This document shows positions 55,463 through 64,000 of a DNA stretch of 64,000 nucleotides, piece by piece. Positions within the stretch are counted from its first letter, which is position 1, and each line of letters begins with the position of its first letter. The DNA comes from a virus (taxonomy: Duplodnaviria; Heunggongvirae; Uroviricota; Caudoviricetes). Position numbers and translations under genes: made by a program. The notes beneath the pieces are model-generated. The model had not been told where the DNA came from and made no database searches. It saw only the letters and a program-made list of their open reading frames with translations. The DNA lies in IMG/VR virus record IMGVR_UViG_3300028805_000044; one strand, 5' to 3'.

Positions 55463-55988
55463 CTAATAAATTATTTTTTTTAAACAGCTAAAGTATGGAC
55501 ATTAAAGAAAAGGAACATGAATATCGTAGGCCCGATGATATTCATCCATTTAGGGCACAAAGACAACCAGTTAGACATCCTAAACAGCAGGGAGGTAATG
55601 AAACATGGTATCAGTAAAAAGTAAGGTGTTTTATTCACCTATAGAAGTATGTAAGTTTATTAATGACAATAGGTTGTGTCAATCCCAAATATTGGCCATT
55701 ACACATTCTAATGCTTTTTACACTGTGTTCTATTATGATTGAATTTACACAACAATTAGGACAAGATTTCTTAACTAGAAAACAAGCCCAAAAACTTCTT
55801 GATGTCGGTATTAACATGTCTGATGCTAAATATTTCCTATTTAAAAGAATAGGTAAAGAATACATTGGATTAAAAAATGAATGTACCTTTGGTAATAATG
55901 CTATTCCAACTTATTCTGTAGCAGAATTAGCTAGGAAAATGAATATGTCTGATTTAGATAGTGATCTTATGATAAAAACTTGGATAAA

Positions 55989-56216
55989 ATGGAACAAAAA
56001 GTAAAAAATATTATTCTAGACAAACTAGGTATTTCTGAGAGTGATTATAACCTTACTTCTGACTTTAAAGAAGACTGGGGATGTGATTCTCTTGATATAA
56101 TGGAACTCGTTATGGAATGTGAGAAGGAATTTAATATCATCATTCCAGACGATGCTGCTGAACATATCAAAACTGTTCAGGATTTACTAAATTACATTAA
56201 GGAACACACTAAATAA
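55989..56216 (+). CDS. acpP: Acyl carrier protein
   Basis: KVK.II.DKLG...F.EDWGCDSLDIMELVMECEKEFNI.IPDD.AE.I.TV; phosphopantetheine Ser in DSL. Confidence 0.88.
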   Translation: MEQKVKNIILDKLGISESDYNLTSDFKEDWGCDSLDIMELVMECEKEFNIIIPDDAAEHIKTVQDLLNYIKEHTK

Positions 56217-56226
56217 GTGTTCTTTA

Positions 56227-56300
56227 GGGCCCGTAGCTCAGTTGGTTAGAGCAGCAGACTCATAATCTGAAGGTCGTCGGTTCAACCCCGGCCGGGCCCA
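56227..56300 (+). tRNA. tRNA with CAU anticodon (Ile2-type body)
   Basis: CAGA-CTCATAA-TCTG; GGGCCCG/CGGGCCC-A. Confidence 0.85.
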
Positions 56301-56327
56301 CAAATTATTAACTAAAACTCTTGACAA

Positions 56328-57113
56328 ATGAAATTAACTTACAAAAATGGACTTTCTGCTACAGAAATAGAGAAAGAAAAAGTAGATTTGGACAGAGTTC
56401 AGAAAATTATTGATCAGCTCTATGGAAGAGATGATAAGATTTATCCTATTCCATATTCTTTTATAAAGAGTGATAATGATGATACTTTGAATTTTGTTAT
56501 GCAAGCGTGTGCTCTTTACACTTTTCCAACTTATGAATTGTGTGAATGGTTAAACTCTCAAATTGATGACGATCCTGAATATGAACCTCATTCTGCAATT
56601 GAAATTTGTGCTGGAACAGGATGGATAGGAAGACAATTAGGTATTCCTATTACTGACTTAAAAGCACAAGAAGATCCAGTAATGGCTGGGCTTATGATGC
56701 AGATGATTACTAAACCTGTTACATATACAGATGATATAGAAAAGTTAGAAGCCCAAGAAGCTGTTAACAAATATCAACCTGACATAGTAATAGGAAGTTT
56801 TGTGAGTTCAAAAAAGAACATTTTACAGAAGAATAAAAGAAAGACTCAGATTCTCAAAGAGGTAACTCCTATGGGTATTACTATAGAGCATAACCTTATG
56901 GAACTTGCTGAGAAAGAGCTTCCCTTTTTTGGAGTAAATGTTGAAAAGATAATAAGAAGTTGTTGGAAAACTATTCTTGTTTGTAATATGAGAACTCACA
57001 GGAGTCAATCTTATTTGCAGCTTCCACATCAATCTCTCTCATTTCCTTGGTTAGTAACTAGAGGAGATAATACTCAAGCTAGAATATTAGTATTTGAAAA
57101 TAAATTATGGTAA
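56328..57113 (+). CDS. Hypothetical protein with a SAM-binding-like motif
   Basis: AIEICAGTGW resembles methyltransferase motif I. Confidence 0.5.
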   Translation: MKLTYKNGLSATEIEKEKVDLDRVQKIIDQLYGRDDKIYPIPYSFIKSDNDDTLNFVMQACALYTFPTYELCEWLNSQIDDDPEYEPHSAIEICAGTGWIGRQLGIPITDLKAQEDPVMAGLMMQMITKPVTYTDDIEKLEAQEAVNKYQPDIVIGSFVSSKKNILQKNKRKTQILKEVTPMGITIEHNLMELAEKELPFFGVNVEKIIRSCWKTILVCNMRTHRSQSYLQLPHQSLSFPWLVTRGDNTQARILVFENKLW

Positions 57114-57549
57114 GATTTTATGACAATTTAAAAATAGCCTTTTTATTGATTAGACTCTTGTGGAGGTTTACAGATATAAGGTTTACACAACTTCTATTTA
57201 ATTTGGATATAGACCCAAATCGAGATTATAATGAAGAACCCGACAGAACTCTCACTAGGATTAAGAATACAGCTTCCAGATGGATTAACGATAGACTTTA
57301 AAACTTTTTATTATAAAGTCAAAATTCATAATAGAGACTTTTTAAAGATTAAAATTGATTCATCTGAATCTACAGCTATGAAAAACTTTATATCTAAAAT
57401 AAGTAGATGTAGATGTTCATTAGGATGGTTGTATTTACCTTTAGATGGTATAAAGATTAAGGAAGGTATCAGCACTGGATATTTATGGTTGTTTACATTC
57501 CTTCTAGTATAGGGATAGAGTCTTAGGACTCTTCCCTTTTGTTTCACTT

Positions 57550-58350
57550 ATGATAGAATTTGGTTTAAAACACAAACATTCTTCTGGTTGGAAGAAGAAG
57601 TATCCTAGAAAGGAATTTGGTAAAGAAGATTTTAAGCATCAAAGTATGCATGATCGTTTTAAGTTTGGATACGATAGAAACTATCATAATGGTTGGTTAT
57701 CTTGGAAAGACTTAGATAAATTCTTTAAGGCTAATCTTGGAAAGAATGTGGATAAAGTCTTTTCTGAATATGTGAAGAGAGCCAAGAGATTTAATCATGA
57801 TGTTAGCCTTAGAGACACTTTTTATGATGCTCTTAATCCAAGATATCGAAAGCAAACTTATTGTGTAGATTCTCAAAATAGAATTGCTAAGTTTAAAGAA
57901 AGTAATGAAAAAAGTATAACACATAAAGAAGCATATACTTACAACGAATCTCATTACCCAAAAGACGTAAGGTCATATTTAAAAGAGAATCAAATTGTTC
58001 CGTTTGGAGAGTTTTATCTAAGAGAGCATTGGTATAATAATTGGACTAAGAAACTTATTTATATATGTAGTAAGGATTGGTATAATACAGTTCTTACTAT
58101 AGGTACAGGTAAGCAGTTTGTAAGAATGAATAATATGAAAAGGGTATATATTCCATTTAGTAAGATTAATGTACAAGGAATACCTAAAAACGGATTTGAA
58201 ACAGTTCATGTTCCAACTGGAAAATATATGCACTCTAATACTATTCCAAATCTTAGTTGGCAAATATATAGAACTGAACATATTCCTTATAGTAAGAGTT
58301 CTAGTCCAGACTTTATGTTTTTTGTAAAAGGTGAATTTAATCAATATTAA
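57550..58350 (+). CDS. Hypothetical basic protein
   Basis: Track ORF, 266 aa. Confidence 0.6.
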   Translation: MIEFGLKHKHSSGWKKKYPRKEFGKEDFKHQSMHDRFKFGYDRNYHNGWLSWKDLDKFFKANLGKNVDKVFSEYVKRAKRFNHDVSLRDTFYDALNPRYRKQTYCVDSQNRIAKFKESNEKSITHKEAYTYNESHYPKDVRSYLKENQIVPFGEFYLREHWYNNWTKKLIYICSKDWYNTVLTIGTGKQFVRMNNMKRVYIPFSKINVQGIPKNGFETVHVPTGKYMHSNTIPNLSWQIYRTEHIPYSKSSSPDFMFFVKGEFNQY

Positions 58351-58358
58351 ATAGATCA

Positions 58359-58754
58359 GGGGAAGTACTGGTTTTGACGGCATTGGAAGGTAAATTACTC
58401 ACTCACGCGCTATACTTGGATTCGCCAAGCATCGCAGACAGATGGAAAGACATCAAAACAATTAAATGGAGAAATTGACTTTACTCCACGTGCTAAAGTA
58501 GTAAGCATGAGCTTTGCTTATAGAGCTGCTGCGTAAGCACCTGGCAAGTACGTAGCCAGGGAACATAATACGTACATGTTTTCTTTTTTAAAGCCATAAA
58601 TATTCTGTGTCTATCGGAGATATAACTAAATAGACTGGTGGATGGGTTATCTAGTTAACCCCCAGAGAAGGAAACTCTCACAAAACCTATGAGTGTAAGT
58701 TATGGTAATTAAGAATAAGATGTTCGGACCGCGGTTCGACTCCGCGCTTCTCCA
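58359..58754 (+). ncRNA. ssrA: tmRNA; tag ORF 58468-58536 encodes GEIDFTPRAKVVSMSFAYRAAA*
   Basis: 5' GGGGAAGTACTGGTTTTGAC, 3' GGTTCGACTCCGCGCTTCTCCA, G3.U70, resume codon after TTAAAT, tag ends in AA. Confidence 0.9.
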
Positions 58755-59074
58755 CAAAGAATTTAAATAATGTAAAAATAACTAAATTTATATTATTGAT
58801 ATATATCAAGTAAATTCAGTTGTTAGATTTCAAAAAACTAAATATATTAGATATACAAAATGTTCCAGCACCTCACGGCTATATACTGAGGCGGCTAGTT
58901 CTCGATAAGAGAGCAGGAATACTATCACAGCTCTTCCTTAAAGGGTAGTGAAGATTCTAAATACTTAGGATCGAACTGGAGGTAATTCTAGTCCGGAACA
59001 ATCTAGTCTTACCTCCTTTTATAAGCATAGTGTGTAAAAATTCTTCTTGTACGTGAGGTATAGGGAGAATCCAT

Positions 59075-59149
59075 AGGGGTATAGACTAATAGGTTAAGTC
59101 ACTACTTCTGGGAAGTAGCTTGTTGTCGGTTCGAGTCCGGTTGCCCCTA
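59075..59149 (+). tRNA. trnP: tRNA-Pro(UGG), C33
   Basis: CTACT-TCTGGGA-AGTAG. Confidence 0.7.
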
Positions 59150-59330
59150 CTTTATAATCTCTTTCGGGTTCAAAGACATTAATGTCTGGAGGAAAGCCTC
59201 ATCCTGCGTAAGTGTAATACGTCTATTCAACGAATAGTATGTTTCAATCAAAGCACCATGTTTAAAACTTTAGAGGACGTGATAGGTTGGAGAAGCCTAT
59301 CTAGTGTGCTTGTTCTACAAGTACACGAAT

Positions 59331-59402
59331 GAAGGTATAGCACAATGGTTAGTGCTCTAGTCTGCCAGTCTAGAGATGTGAGTTCGATTCTCATTACCTT
59401 CT
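59331..59402 (+). tRNA. trnG: tRNA-Gly(GCC)
   Basis: Loop CTGCCAG; U73. Confidence 0.78.
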
Positions 59403-59573
59403 CTTCCACACCAAAATGACTGAGGTTGATAAAAGTCATACTGATTGGCCCTTACAACGCAACAAGGGTACGTGTTCATAAGTGTTTTAACGTGTGGACC
59501 TTCACAACGTAGAAGGCACAAAGTAAGCTTATTGAAAGAGCCCTAGCATCGGTGGAAGATAACTAGGGACATT

Positions 59574-59651
59574 CAGGGAATGGTGTAGCTGGAGGCGCAC
59601 ATCGGACTTCCACTCCGAAGGCATGCGAGGGTTCGATTCCCTTTTCCCTGA
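59574..59651 (+). tRNA. tRNA with UCC anticodon (nominally Gly)
   Basis: TCGGA-CTTCCAC-TCCGA; CAGGGAA/TTCCCTG-A. Confidence 0.75.
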
Positions 59652-59706
59652 CGACCTAAACAAACAGTTCATCAATGGAGAGGGACGCTCCAAGGTCTTT
59701 TTAAAT

Positions 59707-59772
59707 GGGACAATTGGCCGAGAGGTAAGGCGGTGGTACCTGTATACGTTGATTCGAGTTCAACATTGCCCC
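59707..59772 (+). pseudogene. Degenerate tRNA with a collapsed anticodon arm
   Basis: Acceptor, D arm (TGGCCGAGAGGTAAGGC) and T arm present; anticodon arm truncated. Confidence 0.45.
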
Positions 59773-60461
59773 CAAATTAATATTTAAAGATTATGATAGT
59801 AGAAGTAAATTATCCAGATTATGGCAAAACTGAGCTTAATATAGACAGAATAGTTGCCATTTGTCCACAAAAAAGATGTATATTGTTTGACAGTGTTTAT
59901 TGGCCTTTAAGTCAAGATGATTTTGATAAGGTTGCAAAAGCTTGGAGAGCAATGTTTAGTAAAGAGCTTAATTATGACAGAAGAACAGATTAAAAAGGAG
60001 ATTCATTATCACGAAAGGATAATTGAAAATCATCAAAAAGTATTATTAAAGTTAAAACAAAAGCTAAATGAAAAAGAAAATCATTAATTTAATGAAGAAA
60101 GCAGTAAAATGTTACTGTAAAGCTGCAGTTATGATGTATCCTACTGGTACAATGCCTGTATAGCGATTTTAATTTATTAGATTAAATGATGCCGAGAAGA
60201 GCAATATGGCTCTTCCCGTTTGGTTATGAAAAAGCTTTTATTTTTATTTATCACGTTATTTGCATTAGGATGCAATCCTAAAGGTCCTTATAAACCACAA
60301 CAATGGTGGGAAGAAGAGGATACTATCTATTTGAATGATTACGAACGTTCTGTTATAGAAAGATTAGATACAGCAACAACTATAGATGAAATATTTCCAC
60401 CAGAGTGGTATGAAGATCCAGGATGTTATGATCCTGAATATGATTCTATACAATAATTGAT

Positions 60462-60551
60462 TGGGCGGTGGTCGAGTGGCTGAAGACGTCAGACTTTGAC
60501 TCTGATAGAGGCTTATAAAGCTTCTCGCAGGTTCGAATCCTGCCCGCCTAA
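60462..60551 (+). tRNA. trnQ: tRNA-Gln(UUG) with long variable arm
   Basis: TCAGA-CTTTGAC-TCTGA; TGGGCGG/CCGCCTA-A. Confidence 0.85.
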
Positions 60552-60616
60552 CGAGATCTTTACAATTCGGGTTAATAATGTAATTGAGTCTGTCTGGGAA
60601 GATAGGCTCTTTTTAT

Positions 60617-60703
60617 GGCGCGTTCGACTAGTGGCTTAGGTCACAAGGCTTTCAACCTTGTAGGAAGGTTGCTTCCTCAGGGGTTCGAATCCCCTACGCG
60701 TTA
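60617..60703 (+). tRNA. trnE: tRNA-Glu(UUC) with long variable arm
   Basis: CAAGG-CTTTCAA-CCTTG; variable hairpin AGGAAG-GTTG-CTTCCT. Confidence 0.82.
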
Positions 60704-60839
60704 CATATTCCGAACTGATTGTAAATTGACGAAACCTTAGACTCCCACGATTCTGCAGAAAGTTGGAGGGAATAGTGCATAGAAACAAGGGTACTTTTTA
60801 TCTATATATTTACAATTAATGCGCATAGTTCGGAATTAC

Positions 60840-60914
60840 GGAAGCTTAGTTCAGCTGGTTCAGAACGCTAGTCCTACAAACTAGAGGTCCTTGGTTCGAG
60901 TCCAAGAGTTTCCA
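60840..60914 (+). tRNA. trnV: tRNA-Val(UAC), C33
   Basis: CTAGT-CCTACAA-ACTAG. Confidence 0.8.
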
Positions 60915-60948
60915 CAACAACTTTGTAAATAAATCATAGCTGAAGAAA

Positions 60949-60984
60949 GGCCGAGCAGAACGTATGAGTCTGTTCGGCTTTTTT
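60949..60984 (+). terminator. Intrinsic terminator closing the tRNA cluster
   Basis: GGCCGAGCAGA/TCTGTTCGGCT stem followed by a T tract. Confidence 0.65.
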
Positions 60985-61114
60985 ATGTTTGTATGTTTAT
61001 TATTTTAACCATACTTATTTTATTAGGATTAGCCTATTTAGATTTGAATTTAGATTATCCCTTTCTATGGTTTACATGGATGGGTAAAAGAAAATATATT
61101 AGATTATTTTAAAT

Positions 61115-61534
61115 ATGTTAGATTATGTAATTTACACCGATGGAGCTTATAGTAGCTCTCGTGATCAAGGTGGAATTGGCATTGTAGTTCTTCGAGATGG
61201 AGAAAAAGTATTTCACTATTCGAAGGGATTTCGAAGTACTACAAACAATCAAATGGAACTTATTGCTGTAATGATTGCATTACAAGCAATTAAGAATCCA
61301 ATTAACTCTCTTACTATTTATACGGATTCAATGTATGTAAAGGGTTGTGCAACTCTTGGATGGAAACGTAAAAAGAATGTAGAGTTATGGATAAAGTTTG
61401 ATGGAGTGTTTAATAAGGTAAAAGCCTTAGTAAAGAAGCCAATTCAGATTGAACATGTAAAAGGTCATGCTGACAATGTTTATAATAATCTCTGTGATGA
61501 GCTAGCTGTACAAGCTAGTCAGGAATTATTATAA
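61115..61534 (+). CDS. rnhA: Ribonuclease HI
   Basis: YTDGA, TTNNQMEL.A, TDS.YV, HVKGH...N..CD.LA. Confidence 0.92.
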   Translation: MLDYVIYTDGAYSSSRDQGGIGIVVLRDGEKVFHYSKGFRSTTNNQMELIAVMIALQAIKNPINSLTIYTDSMYVKGCATLGWKRKKNVELWIKFDGVFNKVKALVKKPIQIEHVKGHADNVYNNLCDELAVQASQELL

Positions 61535-62010
61535 AACGGGGATCGAAGGTTTAAATACCTCCGGTCCCCGTCGCTTTTTTGCTATATGTGAGAAATAATA
61601 ATTAAAATTCTCTAGAATAGGTAATAAAAATAACTTTAAAGTATTATTTAAAACAAGCAATAAAAGATGAGTAAGGCAGAAGAAAGAGCACTGAAGAAAT
61701 ATCCTCTTATGGCAGATAATGATAAAGAAGGATTAGAAGCACTAAAATACATCGGAATGGAATGTGACTGTGCTTCTGTGTTTAATGAAGCACAAGAAAC
61801 GAAACAAGCATATTTCATCGAAGGCTACCATCAAGCAGAGAAAGACTTGGAACTCACTTTGGAAGATATTAAGATTATTCTTGATATAGAAAATAATATT
61901 CTTCGTGAGTGCAATAGCCAGAAAGAATTAGTTATAGAGACCTACCCAAAAGGAGAAGATTATTATGGCGAAATACTGAAACGCTTTAAAGAAGAGAAAG
62001 AAAATAAACT

Positions 62011-62418
62011 ATGACACAAAAAGATAAAAAATTACTGCTTAAAGACCTTAGTGCAAGGTTGCCTTATGGGGTCATTGTTAGTCCAATTGATTGTGGTAAA
62101 GCAAAGTTGATTGGTTTTAAGGATGGTTATCCTATATTGTTTGATTTAGTGTTACAAAAAGAATATGACAAACCTTGGGAAATTGAATATATCAAGCCAT
62201 ATCTCCGTCCAATGTCTAGTATGACTAAGGAGGAAAGGTGTGAACTATGCAATATTAGGCCATGCTATATTAATTCGGATGATATTGTTAATGGTACACA
62301 ATGTAATACTTTTATACAAGCATCTGAGTGTCAAGATTGGCTTAATGCCCATCATTTTGACTATCGTGGACTAATTGAAAAAGGGCTTGCTCTTGAAGCC
62401 CCTGAAGGTATGTATTAA
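62011..62418 (+). CDS. Hypothetical protein, paralog of 62644-63108
   Basis: Shared LLLKDL.ARLPYG, IKPYLRPMSSMT.EER and DWLNAH.FDYRGLIEKGLALEAPEGMY. Confidence 0.75.
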   Translation: MTQKDKKLLLKDLSARLPYGVIVSPIDCGKAKLIGFKDGYPILFDLVLQKEYDKPWEIEYIKPYLRPMSSMTKEERCELCNIRPCYINSDDIVNGTQCNTFIQASECQDWLNAHHFDYRGLIEKGLALEAPEGMY

Positions 62419-62643
62419 TTTTTATTAATTATGGAGATTACAATAAATAATTTGAATCAAGCTATTACAGCTTTACGACAATGTGCAAAAGAAAATAAAG
62501 GCCGAACCACTGATACAGGTAATATTCGTGTGTCTGACCTATGTAATGATGTTGCAACATATCTTGAGAAAGAATGGAAAAGCATAAAACAAGCGTCAGA
62601 AGAGTTAGAAAAATATGGCAAAAGGTATAAAACAGAATAAAGT

Positions 62644-63108
62644 ATGACACAAGAAGATAAAAAACTCCTGTTGAAGGATTTATGCGCAAGATTGCCTTAT
62701 GGTATTGTTATAAACACAGGCGATAAAGATTTAAAATTAGACAGACAATATCAGTGTATTGGCGTATTATATCCAGAAGATTGCTCTAATGAATTCAATG
62801 AAAGAAACAATAATGCTAGTTTTTACATAGTAATTAGTGGTTGTTATTATGGAGAGAACATTAAACCTTATCTCCGTCCAATGTCAAGTATGACTGAGGA
62901 AGAGAGAAACGAATGGGCTTCAGGTTCTGCAAAATTAACGCTTGATATTTTTAAGAAAAAAGTATCTGATGAAATGGATATTCCAGATGCATGTGACTCT
63001 GCTTTCTCTATTGATTGGCTTAATGCGCATTATTTTGATTACCGAGGTTTGATTGAGAAGGGTTTAGCATTGGAAGCTCCAGAAGGAATGTATAATATAA
63101 CAAAATAG
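62644..63108 (+). CDS. Hypothetical protein, paralog of 62011-62418
   Basis: Same three conserved blocks. Confidence 0.75.
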   Translation: MTQEDKKLLLKDLCARLPYGIVINTGDKDLKLDRQYQCIGVLYPEDCSNEFNERNNNASFYIVISGCYYGENIKPYLRPMSSMTEEERNEWASGSAKLTLDIFKKKVSDEMDIPDACDSAFSIDWLNAHYFDYRGLIEKGLALEAPEGMYNITK

Positions 63109-63270
63109 AAATTTATGAAATGTATTAAGTGTGGAAAGGAAATTCCATCATATTGGTATTATAAAAATGACGAAAGAAAATGTGGTAACTATACTTACAT
63201 AGGCTATTGTGATATATGTGAAGATTTTGCAAGATACACTGGAAACTTATAAATAGAAATAGATTAGAAT

Positions 63271-63675
63271 ATGATTACAGAAGATTACGTTTCTTTTGAA
63301 GTGGCAAAACTTCTGAAAGAGAAGGGGTTTTATGTACCTTGTAAAGTATGGTATGCTGAATATACATCAATGTGGGGTGGAGATCCTTCAGGAGATAGAA
63401 AATACATCGAAATTCAATTTGATAATAAAAACAGATTTGAAGAATCTTATAAGTTTTTATGTTATGCCCCAACTCTCCAAATGGCAATGAAGTGGCTGAG
63501 AGAAGTACATAATATTGATATATTTCCTTGGAAGATTGGTAAAGGTATTTACTCTTGTGCTATATTTAATTCAAATACTGGTCAAGATTTATCTTCAGAT
63601 AAAGATTTTCCTTCAGAAAAATATGAAAAAACCGCTGAAGCAGCAATAAAGTATTGTCTTGAAAATTTAATTTGA
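63271..63675 (+). CDS. Hypothetical phage protein
   Basis: EDYVSFEVAKLLKEKGF...APTLQMAMKWLREVHNI. Confidence 0.7.
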   Translation: MITEDYVSFEVAKLLKEKGFYVPCKVWYAEYTSMWGGDPSGDRKYIEIQFDNKNRFEESYKFLCYAPTLQMAMKWLREVHNIDIFPWKIGKGIYSCAIFNSNTGQDLSSDKDFPSEKYEKTAEAAIKYCLENLI

Positions 63676-64000
63676 ATAACTATGGATTATTATGAGTTTA
63701 TGTATAGAATTGAGCACGATGATGATTCTGTACTAAATCTCCCAGAAAGTGGTATTGGAGACGTTCTAGATCCTTTGGATGAAGAATCTTGTGACGATTT
63801 CTTTTTAGGCACAGACCCATATATCCCATTATATTAAAATTTAATTTAAAGAACTATGGCAGATATAAATAGAGATAAATTTATTTGTCGTCAATGTGAT
63901 AATAATAAATGTAGGCATTACGATTGGTATGCAAAGAAATGTGTTCAATATGATGATTAAATAAAATCAAATACTATGACAATTAAATCATACACAGACT

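Noticed and set aside
27414-59439. Track ORFs overlapping RNA genes (27414-27614, 34499-34705, 41549-41797, 47135-47335, 48220-48507, 51173-51565, 59248-59439) and 5' extensions of 48757, 50034 and 50342
   Set aside because: They translate through tRNA, intron or ncRNA sequence; downstream ATGs give better starts where a real gene exists.

Overview
This is a 64 kb segment of a large, AT-rich crAss-like (Crassvirales-type) phage, probably infecting Bacteroidota. (1) 1-26.3 kb is the late, virion and lysis region: tail-fibre-like genes, portal, terminase large subunit, GroES-like protein, PD-(D/E)xK nuclease, holin, HNH and lytic transglycosylase. Here TAG is read as Gln (code 15). The supplied ORF track fragments these genes, but they join in frame, with tight ATGA/TAATG overlaps, once TAG is read through. 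(2) A short leftward block at 26.3-28.1 kb carries an amber-suppressor tRNA(CUA). (3) 28.4-64 kb is a rightward, mostly standard-code early/accessory region. It holds TerD-TerD-TerB-like genes with a P-type ATPase, a DUF2828-like TROVE/VWA protein, ACP, RNase HI, a tmRNA, about 25 tRNA and tRNA-like genes, a tRNA-Leu(UAA) split by a group I intron, and a ~1 kb highly structured non-coding RNA. The strongest unexplained signal is a dispersed family of at least 12 hairpin-bounded RNAs sharing a terminal stem followed by (A)CAGCAA. Several carry circularly permuted tRNAs, isolated anticodon arms or a broken suppressor tRNA, and the series starts just downstream of the TROVE/VWA (Ro60-like) gene. 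This is a candidate Y-RNA-like tRNA-mimic or decoy system. All calls come from reading the sequence by eye; no database searches or folding programs were run.
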